64,000 bases of DNA from Spirochaetota bacterium (GTDB lineage Bacteria; Spirochaetota; UBA4802; UBA5550), in the NCBI GenBank assembly GCA_963663865.1, contig OY760686.1:224001-288000 (forward strand), in the 5' to 3' direction. Each line of letters opens with the position of its first letter. The stretch's first letter is position 1. Below are positions 19,101 to 28,380 of this stretch, piece by piece. The notes beneath the pieces were generated by a model, which ran no database searches, was not told the origin of the DNA, and saw only the letters and a list, made by a program, of their open reading frames with translations. Position numbers and translations under genes: made by a program.

Positions 19101-22100
19101 CGTGAGCTGACAGCGGAAAGGCATCGTGCCGGTAGACAAACTCCGAGAGTCTGCGCTTCTCTTCGGAGATGACCTCGCACTGCGAGCATATCCTCCCCTG
19201 AGAATCATAAGCAGTAAACGACTGCTGAGAGCCCGGCCCGGAGGCGGACATGACCTTTCCGAATGCGCTGCCGTAATCGTACTCGAAGCGGGTAATGAGC
19301 GGCTCGGGTGCAAAGAGCTTTTTTGATGTGACGAACTGGTGAAGCTCACTGTCGTATTCTATCGCAGTTTTTCGTTCAGGGCTGCCGCTCCGGTCTGTCT
19401 CGGAGATCATGTTTCCGTAGATGTCGTACTCCCGGAATATCCGGCGCGGAGCGGGCTCTTGAAGAACGCCGCCGGTGTATTCGGTCTCTTCACTAACCGG
19501 ATTGAAGTTGAAGTCGTATGTGAATCGGGCAGTGGTTTCGTTTTCAGAGCCGGCGTGCTCTTTTCTGAGTTTAACAACTTGAGTGTTGGTCGTCTCATCG
19601 GTCTCAAATTCGGTAATGTTTGTATCAGTACTCTGAGAGCGGACTCCGTCCGCAAAGCGGTCGACACTTCGTTCGGTTTTTGAGATAAGAGCATACCCAG
19701 TCTCAGCGAACTGCATCTCCGATTCGGATGACTCAAAGAGCACCCTGTCGCGGAAGGTGTCGACGCATGAGTTCTCTGCAACGCAGCTTTTCTGATGCTG
19801 TCCGCTCTCTCCGAGCTCGTGTATCCGGTAGCTGTAATCCTGTCTGCGGTACTCAACGCCGTCCGCTCCGGTGAATACTGTCTGTTTAACCGCTCCGGCG
19901 AGGGCACGGTTCCAGAGAAAGTTGCCGTATGGTGTGTTGTGATAGTAAGAAGTCTGCTTCCCGCCCAGGGCATCGGTGACGGTGAAGTTTGAGAACCCGA
20001 AAAAGTCCGTTTCGCGGAAACCGCCGATGAATCGCGAGAAGGCATATCCCCCGCTGTAGCCGTATTTTGTGACAACCTCGTTGCCGGCGCCGTCTGATAC
20101 GGTCATCTTCGTGCAGACCCTGTAGTTTACCGGAAGGTCGGGGACGCCGTCGCCGCCGGTGTTGTCAAAGCCCGATGAGTTTGCGTACTCGAACCGGTAG
20201 ACTCCGCCGGTTCCGTTCGAGACCCTAACAGGCAGGTCGGGCACCGTGCCGGTACTCAGAGCAAAGTGCCACTCGGGGTCGGTGATACTGAAAATTCCGA
20301 TGTCGGTCTTGCCGTCTCCGTTGTAGTCGCCCTGTATCCACTGGTAGGGATAGAACTCCTTGTAGAGACCGGGCCGGCTGAAATCTAGTTCACTTAACAC
20401 TGCAGGCTCAGCGCGGAAGTCTGCAAGCTTCAGAAGCGTGCCGCCGCTATGCAGGATGGGACTCCCCGTGTGATCGAACTCGCCGCGGAACTCCTGCCCG
20501 TCAGAGAGAGTGTATGAGCCGGTGAGGCTGAGCGAGGTGAATCCGAAGCTGTTCCCGATAACGATCTGCCGCAGCGTATCTCCAGCTCTGTACCAGAAAC
20601 CGTCCGTGCACGGATAGTACTCTCCGTCGTAGCTGTAATCGAGACCAGCATCCGATGAACATTGAGAGAAACTTATTCCAGTACTTCCGGCGGAGTAAAT
20701 GCTTTCTTCAATCACGGCCCTGTGCCAGAGCTGTGCGTCCTCCCGGCTGTCACATACGAAAAGTGATGAGATACCGGATGAGCTCTTCGCAGTAAAGAAG
20801 TACAACCCGCCTGACTCGCGGAAATCTTCAGCTGTCAGCGAACCGGTGCTGTCAATCTCAAGGCGGCGGGGCTCTGACTCCGATGAACAGAGGACAAAGG
20901 CGGGCACGTCATCGCTGCCGTTGTCAAGCATCAGAATCTCATTATGCCAATCAGAGTTCCCGTAGAACTTTCCGGTCTGATAAACAGATGAGCCGATTTC
21001 GAAAGAGGGAATCTCTTCCTCAGAAAGCGAGGCGATGTTTTCTTTAATAACCTGCGAGTCACGGACTGACAGGCTCAGAAAGCAGTGTGATTCTCCCGAG
21101 TGTTCGTATAATAAGAGGCAGTCCCCGCCTTCTCCGTGCAGAGCACGCCCGCGGTTTAGTACAGTGAATCTGTCGAGGTCGATGCCGGAGTCTCCGAGAT
21201 AGCGTGCCTCTCCGCCGGAGCTCTGCAAATAGAAGCCTGATTGGAGAGCTCCGGCGGAGTTCCGTCTCCAGCAGAGAATTTCGGGCACTCCTGATGAAGA
21301 AAACGAGCCGGCAAAGGCTCTTTCGCCGCGCCCGGGCCATGTGTTTGAGTCGTAGACATAGTCTACTTTATAAGTCTTTTCCGTGCCTGGAATTACGGCC
21401 GTGCCGCTCCTTATGATAACCTCATCTGCCGGACAGGGCGCGGCGGTGAGCTTTTCTATTCCGGGGCAGTTTGAACCGTCACTGTAGATTCTGTACCTGA
21501 AACCGTCCGGAGCAGCTTCGCCCACCCAGAGCTTGTTGTCGGCCGCGGAAAAGAAGCCTATGTCAGTTCGGCCGTCTCCGTTGAAGTCTCCCTGTACAAA
21601 GCGGGTGATGTCCCTGAACTGAGGCGACCTCGAGAATGTCCTGAAACTGATGCTGCCGTCGCCTGTTTCGCCAAGTGTCCATGTCCCGCTTGAGCGGTCA
21701 AAGAGCAGGAAGTCAGCGCGTCCATCGCTGTTGAAGTCGCCGTAGAAGCGGTCATTTGACAGGAGCATGTTTTCAGGAGCCGTAAATCTTTTGAATAGTT
21801 TCCAGCTCAGAATGAAGCTGCCGTCCGCATCCCTGAACGTTTCACCGACATACCATGATCCGGACCGGCTGTCGTAGATCGAAATGTCAGACCTTCCGCT
21901 GCCGGTGAAATCCCCCTGAAAGAAATGCACTCTGTTTCGGGAAAGACCTGTTTCACTTGAGTCGAATGTCGAATCACAGTTAAGGCCCGGGCCGGGACTG
22001 TAGTCGCTTCTGAAGAGGTTCCTGAAGCAGCGGGCCACTTTGAGAAATTCAAAGCATCCGCCTTTGTTGAGCATCAGCGTCCACTCTCCGGCCGGTTCGT

Positions 22101-23601
22101 AAAACAGCAGTGCGTCTGAGAGCCCGTTGCCGTCATAGTCTCCTGTGAACCACTCGCAGGCCATTATATTTTTAACGGGGGATATCAACCTTCCGTATTT
22201 TTTGAACTCGAAGATCTTTCCGTTATGTTCAGCAACGACGAAATCTCCTGTGCCAGGAAGAAAGAAGGCAATGTCGCTCCGGCCGTCGCCGTTGTAGTCG
22301 CCGGTTACGTTTCCCCTGAAGAACTGTATCTCTGAATCAGTGTCAAAGCCGCGGTAAGCCTCGCCGTAAACAGGAAAGCTGTATCCGCCCCCGCGCCTTG
22401 CCTCGGCTGCTCTCCAGAGCCCGGTGTCCGGGTCAAAGAAAACCATATCGGAAAGGGCGTCACCGTTGAAGTCGCCCTCGAAGTATTTTACCTTCGCGGC
22501 ATTTTCAGGCTGCAGCACAAAGCTGTTTGCCGCCTGCTTCCATAAAAGGCTGTGTTCCGCACTGCTGTATGTGAACTCAGGGGCGGTGTCTGTTCTGTCG
22601 GATTCAACCGTGAGGAGAAGGGGGCGGCACGAGTCTTTGCCTGTTTCGTAGATCATTCTGTAATGCCAGAGGCTTTCATCTCCTGAGAGTCCGTCCCATC
22701 CGACTGAAATTTTATCGAGAAGGCGCGACATCGTCATTGTAAAGCCGGGTGCGCTCGATGTGTAAGGTTCGGTGCGTTCGGTGTAGCTGAAGCGTACCCA
22801 CTGCCGGGGCTCTGTGCCGCTCGGCTCATGACCTGTGTAACGCAGCTCCCTCAGATACAGCACACGGTCAAGTTCGCGGAGTTTGCTGTCGTAGACTGCC
22901 TGAATGTAGTTGCCGTTAAGGTCCTGACTCAAAGAGAAGTTCCAACTGAAGGTCTTCTTTTTATCATGGGGGGGATATATACGGGACGAATGGTCTTTGC
23001 CGAAAATGCTTAAGCACCCGGTAGAGTCACGAAGCTTCCAGACTCCGCCCTCAGCGCTGTCAGAGAGAGTAAAGAGCGACAGGTCATCTCCTGTCTCAAG
23101 GCGGTAATCTCCGTCCTCTCCTTCTCCGGATGTAATCTTTACAAGCCGCTTGCCGTTAAAGCTGAAGATATCGCCGGGTCCGTAAACGGGCTGGCCGCTG
23201 CGTGCTGACCGTGTGATTGCACCTCCGCCGGCAGCCAGCGTCCACCCTACTCCGCAGAGTCCGTCGCCCTTTGCGGAAGAGCACGATAAGGTTACCTGCG
23301 GTGTAAGGCCGGCGCGGCCCTCGGGTATCTCCAGCGGATATGAGAAGCTTACTATTCCGTAGTTGTTTACCGCTGGAGTTTTAATGAAGGCCGCGCCGGC
23401 CCACGGATCTGCCTGCGCATCAGGAGCTTCGGCCCCCGGCTTCCTGTTAGTTGAAGAGGAAAGAGCGTCTCCACCGGACGGGTCCGCGTCTGAAGGAAAG
23501 CCGGGGGCCGTGTTAAAGGACGTGAGGTTTCCGCCGGGACCGCATGAGAAGAGAATTGAGCACAAAAAAATGAAGAAGAATCTGTCAGTGGTTTTCGGCA
23601 T
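16144..23601 (-). CDS. Lipoprotein SpvB/FG-GAP/YD-RHS polymorphic toxin (TcB-TcC-like fusion) with Ntox10-like C-terminal toxin domain
   Basis: Lipobox ILFSC; SpvB-type PLEIPEGRAGLTP..GVGWTL; many GD(F/Y)NGDGRxD repeats; YD repeats; RHS core YLTDHLDS...NARHYD...YSYCRNNPVGFGDPSG; tip FYVKPNGDVVPSTGYR...GKFDTLQ...WGKGGGTQ. Confidence 0.88.
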   Translation of the reverse strand: MPKTTDRFFFIFLCSILFSCGPGGNLTSFNTAPGFPSDADPSGGDALSSSTNRKPGAEAPDAQADPWAGAAFIKTPAVNNYGIVSFSYPLEIPEGRAGLTPQVTLSCSSAKGDGLCGVGWTLAAGGGAITRSARSGQPVYGPGDIFSFNGKRLVKITSGEGEDGDYRLETGDDLSLFTLSDSAEGGVWKLRDSTGCLSIFGKDHSSRIYPPHDKKKTFSWNFSLSQDLNGNYIQAVYDSKLRELDRVLYLRELRYTGHEPSGTEPRQWVRFSYTERTEPYTSSAPGFTMTMSRLLDKISVGWDGLSGDESLWHYRMIYETGKDSCRPLLLTVESDRTDTAPEFTYSSAEHSLLWKQAANSFVLQPENAAKVKYFEGDFNGDALSDMVFFDPDTGLWRAAEARRGGGYSFPVYGEAYRGFDTDSEIQFFRGNVTGDYNGDGRSDIAFFLPGTGDFVVAEHNGKIFEFKKYGRLISPVKNIMACEWFTGDYDGNGLSDALLFYEPAGEWTLMLNKGGCFEFLKVARCFRNLFRSDYSPGPGLNCDSTFDSSETGLSRNRVHFFQGDFTGSGRSDISIYDSRSGSWYVGETFRDADGSFILSWKLFKRFTAPENMLLSNDRFYGDFNSDGRADFLLFDRSSGTWTLGETGDGSISFRTFSRSPQFRDITRFVQGDFNGDGRTDIGFFSAADNKLWVGEAAPDGFRYRIYSDGSNCPGIEKLTAAPCPADEVIIRSGTAVIPGTEKTYKVDYVYDSNTWPGRGERAFAGSFSSSGVPEILCWRRNSAGALQSGFYLQSSGGEARYLGDSGIDLDRFTVLNRGRALHGEGGDCLLLYEHSGESHCFLSLSVRDSQVIKENIASLSEEEIPSFEIGSSVYQTGKFYGNSDWHNEILMLDNGSDDVPAFVLCSSESEPRRLEIDSTGSLTAEDFRESGGLYFFTAKSSSGISSLFVCDSREDAQLWHRAVIEESIYSAGSTGISFSQCSSDAGLDYSYDGEYYPCTDGFWYRAGDTLRQIVIGNSFGFTSLSLTGSYTLSDGQEFRGEFDHTGSPILHSGGTLLKLADFRAEPAVLSELDFSRPGLYKEFYPYQWIQGDYNGDGKTDIGIFSITDPEWHFALSTGTVPDLPVRVSNGTGGVYRFEYANSSGFDNTGGDGVPDLPVNYRVCTKMTVSDGAGNEVVTKYGYSGGYAFSRFIGGFRETDFFGFSNFTVTDALGGKQTSYYHNTPYGNFLWNRALAGAVKQTVFTGADGVEYRRQDYSYRIHELGESGQHQKSCVAENSCVDTFRDRVLFESSESEMQFAETGYALISKTERSVDRFADGVRSQSTDTNITEFETDETTNTQVVKLRKEHAGSENETTARFTYDFNFNPVSEETEYTGGVLQEPAPRRIFREYDIYGNMISETDRSGSPERKTAIEYDSELHQFVTSKKLFAPEPLITRFEYDYGSAFGKVMSASGPGSQQSFTAYDSQGRICSQCEVISEEKRRLSEFVYRHDAFPLSAHVTLFTGSGDPDIEKAVYGDGCGRVLHSVKSAGNGRHVKSGLTTYDALGRVTRRSRADWCSADELEEYHPHRGEKHPTLTEYDYAGRAVKITLPETSPEDGPAVTSFEYIYGNPWAVTERTGRRTRKTVTNSRGLLLYVTDSGTGDDGRFVEASMGFAYDQAGRRIKRMDLNGAAMSAQVEPSLFAAGARDSSGNCISQWRYDGFGRPVETSCPDTGYTRFEYNAYGENSAVIDARGLRSEMDYDCLGRVTESRAPSHAGTDVIETTRFIYGGAESPGNTAGRLAAIIGPFQRKDFCYDETGRVIRETRTFTDPLSGDQPGLSFTTRFEYDLQGRLTAVDYPRDPRTASGIRAEYTLGSAGAESVRVISSGKKRDVIERIAYSEDGQLESIERGNGTESTYSYDARGRLTGILSTTESNGMTRKLEDVNYTLRNDNSVASIVNFSELRPGGAAGTQVSHRYSYDGLNRLVAGEGVLKSSDSLEARKYSHSYGYTANGNMISRSASASGPEGTRHEEMTCSYSGGGHALTEISSATGGSVMRYDASGNMVYQSSAGDGTRRLEYDASSRIRKVIDDSSGIAAGEYHYDEQGFRIRKLITDTAGKSPHMEVLSPSMYFALEQSVPDGLHDSPGTMCSVNHLYLNGIRIAAVAANGDARFYLTDHLDSVKLVVDDNGLPVSKTEYLPFGGSWFSEGAAKYRPKFNSQETDRESGLIFFNARHYDAGLCRFVTADSVVPYEDDTQSWNRYSYCRNNPVGFGDPSGNIDVEQIADRSIMTVREALEYNDRYHSEQTINSFKTSNCLKTIYHAASAGVSKAALLVAPKNLSEFREMMFVGGISWSRAGRGGGKGIKHNKSIAKPKADFYVKPNGDVVPSTGYRALNQPAIDSALKGNIMSKGETTYFTFNDLSRFNRNEVKNLLQLPSSPSHYGKFDTLQIINNITIPKGKWGTGFNLEPICKTMPQWGKGGGTQAVTSKFINNFQLFELKK

Positions 23602-23685
23602 CCCACCCCTCCGCTGTTTCTATGTTTGTAGAATCAACGGACGGGCAGAATAAAAGGTGTGAAATTTTCAGCTATACGCTACAAT

Positions 23686-25167
23686 TCATTCTCCTGTATT
23701 TATACTTTTATTCATCTTTTCCATGAGCTTATTGTACTCTTCGAAAATGTCAGAAGTGTATTCAGTGTAGTATTTTTGAATAATGTTTTGAAAATGGTCA
23801 TACGTGGTTGTTTTATCTATCATTTTATTTAAGGTACAAATCATTTCAGCGTCTCTTATGCAATTTTCATCATCCCCAAGAATCTCAGACATTGTTTTTG
23901 TTATGGTTTCAGTGTTTGTTTCAAGAGATTCAGTATCCTTATATGTTACTGTGAGAGTAAAGGTTGATGATGAATCAACTTCTGAATCAGCATTAAAGAC
24001 TTCATAAAAGTACTGCTTGGTATTATAAGAAAAATTTGTAGAAGAAACTTCGGATTCATCCTGTGAAGACTCTTCACTCGCAGTTGAAATATGAGTCATC
24101 TCTTCAGGAAACTCAAGTTTAAACTTAACATCACGAGCAGCGACCGATAATAGAGAAATAAATCTTTCATTGAAAGCCCTGTTTGCATCGGTTTTTGTAT
24201 ACATCGTAAAATATGCTCCTTTCCCAGCCTCAGTCAAAATATCAAGGAAGGATTCATTATAATCCATGCCGACCCCGATACCGGAAAAATATATCCCTTC
24301 CATGTTATTCAGTTCGGTATGCTGTGATATGTTCTCAGGATCAATCTCACCGGTATTGGCATAAGCATCTGTCAGCAAAACAACTCTGTTCATTTTGTTT
24401 TTATCATAAGATTTAATAGCTTCTTCATATCCAAGCTCAATTCCAGCGTTAAGATTTGTCGAGCCTTCAGTATTGAGATTCCATATTTCAGGTAGTATCT
24501 TTGAATCATATAATGAATATGGTGCCGCACTTAAAACGGTTTTTGCATCTTCAGAGAAGGTAACAAGATTAATAATATCACCTTCTTTAAGGGACTCCTT
24601 CAGGTTGCCAAGTGCGTATTTTACAAGTTCAAGGCGGGATAGTTCAGATTCACTTTCCAAAACCCTTGAATCCATTGAGCCTGATATATCTATGATAAAT
24701 GTTATAACAGCATTTTTGCGTTCTGCTCTGGTTATTACAGGTGATGCAAAGTAGACTCCCAGTCTGTATTCATTTATGGTATCATTTTCAATGGAAGGTC
24801 TTTCCCATAAACCCATTGAATATTTGAAAATACCGATTTCCTCAGTTGATTCCGGAGTAAAAGTCTCATAGTTTAGAAATTCCCATGGACGTGATAAACT
24901 CTCAGGAATGGGTTCCCCGTTATATATATAATATTTTGCAAGCTCAACAGCTGCCGTACTGGCAGAATCGTCATAAGAAAAGTAGAAATAATTTGCCGGA
25001 TCATCCTCATTTGCTTCTGTTTCAGTTGAATATGGAGTACTGTCATCAAAGTCACCATTTGAGGGAACTGAGGCATTCTTATCAGAATATGAATCTGAAC
25101 ACCCGGTGAATAAAAAAACTATACAAGACAGAGAAAAAAGGAATATGATTTTTTTTAAGTAGAACAT
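23686..25167 (-). CDS. vWA-domain lipoprotein
   Basis: Lipobox LFTGC; MIDAS DISGSM, GSTNL.AG, VLLTDA. Confidence 0.85.
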   Translation of the reverse strand: MFYLKKIIFLFSLSCIVFLFTGCSDSYSDKNASVPSNGDFDDSTPYSTETEANEDDPANYFYFSYDDSASTAAVELAKYYIYNGEPIPESLSRPWEFLNYETFTPESTEEIGIFKYSMGLWERPSIENDTINEYRLGVYFASPVITRAERKNAVITFIIDISGSMDSRVLESESELSRLELVKYALGNLKESLKEGDIINLVTFSEDAKTVLSAAPYSLYDSKILPEIWNLNTEGSTNLNAGIELGYEEAIKSYDKNKMNRVVLLTDAYANTGEIDPENISQHTELNNMEGIYFSGIGVGMDYNESFLDILTEAGKGAYFTMYTKTDANRAFNERFISLLSVAARDVKFKLEFPEEMTHISTASEESSQDESEVSSTNFSYNTKQYFYEVFNADSEVDSSSTFTLTVTYKDTESLETNTETITKTMSEILGDDENCIRDAEMICTLNKMIDKTTTYDHFQNIIQKYYTEYTSDIFEEYNKLMEKMNKSINTGE

Positions 25168-25555
25168 CTGGTCCCCCTTTTGCATCATTTAATATCTGCT
25201 GGAATCTTATTAAGCTTCACAACAGAACAATTCAGCACTATGTTAGTACGTGTGAGTTTTCAAATAAAAAAGACACAAAATTTTAGAAAAATAAAAATAA
25301 TCTAATAATTCCCCTTTCTAGAAAAGATAATGAGAAAAACCGAACTTTTTCCCATAAAATATATCTTGATTTATATTAATATATAATTTAGCATATTGTC
25401 ATTCTTTGAATGCAATTTTGTGGATCTGACAACAGTAGAAAGATTCCCCTGTAAGCTTCTCTCGACGAAATATAATCAATTAATAGGTACTAAATTATTA
25501 AGTTGTTATAAGTCAGTTCATAGTTTTGATCTATAGATTAATAGGAGAGGCAGCA

Positions 25556-26281
25556 ATGAAGAAATCTGTCAATGGTTCATATCCATTATTTCTGACATCC
25601 TTATTATTATTTATCAGCGTACCATTTCATATCAATGCAAATGTTGTAGACAAAAGCTTTGGAGTAAAAGCCGACTTCGAAGTTCCCACACCGATAAGAT
25701 ATGGATCAAAACTTGCGGGGATTGCCAGCCACAGCTATTATTTGAGCTTCATGAATGGGGGAAGCAATAAAAGCGTAGATTATATTGAGTTTGGTTTTAA
25801 CGCAACTGCTATAGAATATCAGGGTTCTGGTAGTCTGTCAAGAGGTTATGGGCTGCTTTTCGGGTGGACTCCTTTACCCCTACCGGAAATGGTTTTTTTG
25901 ATAACAAAAAAAAATTACGATATGTATTCTTCTGCTACAATCTTTGTCGCGTTTACACGTATTTATAAAGTTTCAAATATTTTTTCTTATTCATTGTCTG
26001 CAAATATTGGCCCTGAATACGTGAAAAAAATTTCCATTCCGGGAAATGAAGATGAATATGATCCAGATATGAATTATGATGATTTGCTTGAGGCATATTC
26101 CAGTATGCACGATATAGACGGAAATTGGGGATGCAGGGTAAATACAAAGATTAAATTTTTTCTAATTCCTTTATCGGATATGACCCTATGGTCAGTGATT
26201 CTGGGTTATACGCATCATGTATTTCGCAATAATCACTTTAACACATTCGACATAGGTTTAAACTTTTCATTCTTTTTTTAG
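25556..26281 (+). CDS. Exported hypothetical protein, possibly outer-membrane beta-barrel
   Basis: Signal peptide; alternating C-terminal strand ending in F; GGAGAGG RBS. Confidence 0.55.
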   Translation: MKKSVNGSYPLFLTSLLLFISVPFHINANVVDKSFGVKADFEVPTPIRYGSKLAGIASHSYYLSFMNGGSNKSVDYIEFGFNATAIEYQGSGSLSRGYGLLFGWTPLPLPEMVFLITKKNYDMYSSATIFVAFTRIYKVSNIFSYSLSANIGPEYVKKISIPGNEDEYDPDMNYDDLLEAYSSMHDIDGNWGCRVNTKIKFFLIPLSDMTLWSVILGYTHHVFRNNHFNTFDIGLNFSFFF

Positions 26282-26621
26282 GGATTTCTGCTCTACCCCC
26301 CCCTGAAGGTTTTTCTTTGAGAGTTCATCCTTTGCAATTATTGTTATAGTATTTCTGTCATCTTCGATTCCTGCATATTGAAGCTCTCAAGTGCTTTTGG
26401 CCGGGCAGATCTTTGGCAAACTGTTTGAATCCCTTCGTTGTTTCTGTTTATAAAGATTAAGCGGACGGCAGGATTGGAAGGTGTGAAGTTTTTCAGTCTC
26501 TATGTTGCAGGCGGTGTTTGTTTGGGAAATAATTAGAATTTATAAAATTATTTTCCACATTCCCTCAGGAATATCGTATAATATATGGTTTTGAATCAGG
26601 CGGCAAAGCGGAAAAGCCGCC

Positions 26622-26708
26622 AGAGACGCAAGATTTTGCGTCTCTTCAATTGGCTATTATATGCGTCTCTTCAATTCTACGCGTCTCTTCTATTATACGT
26701 GTCTCTTC
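26622..26708 (+). repeat. REP-like palindrome AGAGACGCAA-gatt-TTGCGTCTCT followed by three degenerate tandem units
   Basis: Same 24-bp palindrome recurs at 27566-27589; units TCTCTTC(A/T)ATT..TACG(C/T)G. Confidence 0.75.
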
Positions 26709-27505
26709 TAACTTGCAGGCTTTACAGCCTCAATTGACGCTGAAACAACATAATCGGTAATCGGATTTTGAGGAGCCCATTCCCGTATAAATGCTTTGCT
26801 TTCATCTTTCGGGGCAATTCTAATCTGTTCAAATCCGGCATTTTTCAGCATTAGCTTAATTTCGTCTACATTTGCCGCTCCCGCAATGCAGCCTGTATAG
26901 AGAGCCATATCGCTTTTAACTTCCTCTGGAATCTCAACCATCGCAACAACATCCGAGACTGCCAGCCGTCCTCCCTTTTTTAGAACCCGAAAAGTTTCTG
27001 TAAATACACGCTGCTTGTCAGAGGACAGATTAATAACGCAATTGGATATAATCACATCAACCGATTCATCTTCAACGGGTAAATCCTCAATTTCTCCAGA
27101 GCGGAATTCCACATTGCTATAACCGCCCTTTTTGGCGTTTTCTTTTGCCTTCGAAATCATTTCAGGTGTCATATCCACGCCAATCACATGTCCGGATTGA
27201 CCAGCCTTTTTTGATGCAAGAAAACAGTCGAATCCGCCTCCTGAACCCAGATCAAGTACGGTTTCCCCTTCCCTGATTCCTGCCATAATATGCGGATTAC
27301 CGCAGCCCAGTCCCAGATTTGCACCCTGGGGAACAGCGTTTACATCATCCCCTGAATAACCGAGAATCTCTGCCATCTCAAGAGTATTGTCAGATTTACC
27401 GCAACAGGAAGCTGAACAGGAACAGCCGGCAGCCTTAGACTGCGCTGTTCTGCCGTAAGTTTCACGTACTGCTTTTCTAATTATTTCTGACTCGGAATTA
27501 CCCAC
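26708..27505 (-). CDS. arsM: Arsenite S-adenosylmethionine methyltransferase
   Basis: SCC, NLGLGCGNP, VLDLGSGGGFDC, SNCVINL, GCIAGA; GTG start after GGAGG. Confidence 0.88.
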   Translation of the reverse strand: MGNSESEIIRKAVRETYGRTAQSKAAGCSCSASCCGKSDNTLEMAEILGYSGDDVNAVPQGANLGLGCGNPHIMAGIREGETVLDLGSGGGFDCFLASKKAGQSGHVIGVDMTPEMISKAKENAKKGGYSNVEFRSGEIEDLPVEDESVDVIISNCVINLSSDKQRVFTETFRVLKKGGRLAVSDVVAMVEIPEEVKSDMALYTGCIAGAANVDEIKLMLKNAGFEQIRIAPKDESKAFIREWAPQNPITDYVVSASIEAVKPAS

Positions 27506-27551
27506 TGGAACCTCCATTTCAATTCGGTGTGTTGGCATCGTAAAACACAAA

Positions 27552-27677
27552 ACACGTACAACCGAAGAGACGCAAGATTTTGCGTCTCTTCAGTTGTACG
27601 CGTCTCTTCAATTGTACGTGTCTCTTCAATTGTACGTGTCTCTTCAATTGTACGTGTCTCTTCAATTGTACGTGTCT
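27552..27677 (+). repeat. REP-like hairpin (24-bp arms) plus five 18-bp tandem repeats TCTCTTCAATTGTACGTG
   Basis: Units start at 27585, 27603, 27621, 27639 and 27657; the last four are identical. Confidence 0.9.
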
Positions 27678-28120
27678 ATTGATTCTCCGTACTCTTCCCC
27701 CAGCTCTCTCTCAAGAACAATCATCTGATCAATGAACACAGGGTCTTCGAGATCGTTAGCCCGGAATTCAATATCGAGAGTTTTGTAGCCGGTTAAATAA
27801 AATGACAGCGTCACAGCCCTGATGTAGCAGTTATAGTCTTTATCCCCGAGAATATTCAAGTCATAGGCTGTATCGGCCTCAATGGTCACTCCAAAATTGC
27901 CCTCTGCATCAGTGAACTCAGTATGCCCCACAAAGTCCCATGCGGGGTGATTTTCTGTAGCCTCAACAGCCGTAATGGTTATCTCCACTCCTGGAAGGGG
28001 CAGCCCTTCCTCGTCTGTCACAACGCCTTCCACTACGAAGTTATTGTTAAGCTCTCCTGAGCAGGCGCTACAACAAAGCGCCACGACAGATATCAAAGCA
28101 GATGTAATATAATGTCTCAC
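27662..28120 (-). CDS. Lipoprotein with carboxypeptidase-regulatory-like beta-sandwich domain
   Basis: Lipobox-like CSAC; VEGVVTDEEGLPLPGVEITI and TDAEGNF; probable GTG start. Confidence 0.7.
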   Translation of the reverse strand: MRHYITSALISVVALCCSACSGELNNNFVVEGVVTDEEGLPLPGVEITITAVEATENHPAWDFVGHTEFTDAEGNFGVTIEADTAYDLNILGDKDYNCYIRAVTLSFYLTGYKTLDIEFRANDLEDPVFIDQMIVLERELGEEYGESIDTYN

Positions 28121-28380
28121 TTCGCATATCCCCACAATCCAGGTTTCCGTCTCATCCGGCTGGCCTCTTTTTTTGGAACGCCCGAACAATCCTGCGCAAG
28201 ATCAGGCTTCCATCGAGAATGTTCCTGATAAAAATCAAATAGTCTTCGGATTAAATATAACAAGCTGCTGTCAAACGGCAAGAGCGTGTATGTTAAAATT
28301 TAGTAAAACTTTTATCAGAAATACCTCATAGCAACATAGCAGCGTGCAGGCGCAAATTACGGCTCCCTTTATGACAATAC

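Noticed and set aside
16552-23653. Many alternative-frame ORFs inside the RHS gene (e.g. 16552-17190, 19407-20075)
   Set aside because: Shadow ORFs expected in GC-rich coding DNA; no motifs
25427-25520. CTGACAAC...GTTATAAGTCAG as an attC before the 25556 gene
   Set aside because: No convincing palindrome and no complementary AAC core after the gene's stop
27585-27677. Possible CRISPR array
   Set aside because: The 18-bp units are contiguous with no unique spacers, and no cas genes are present
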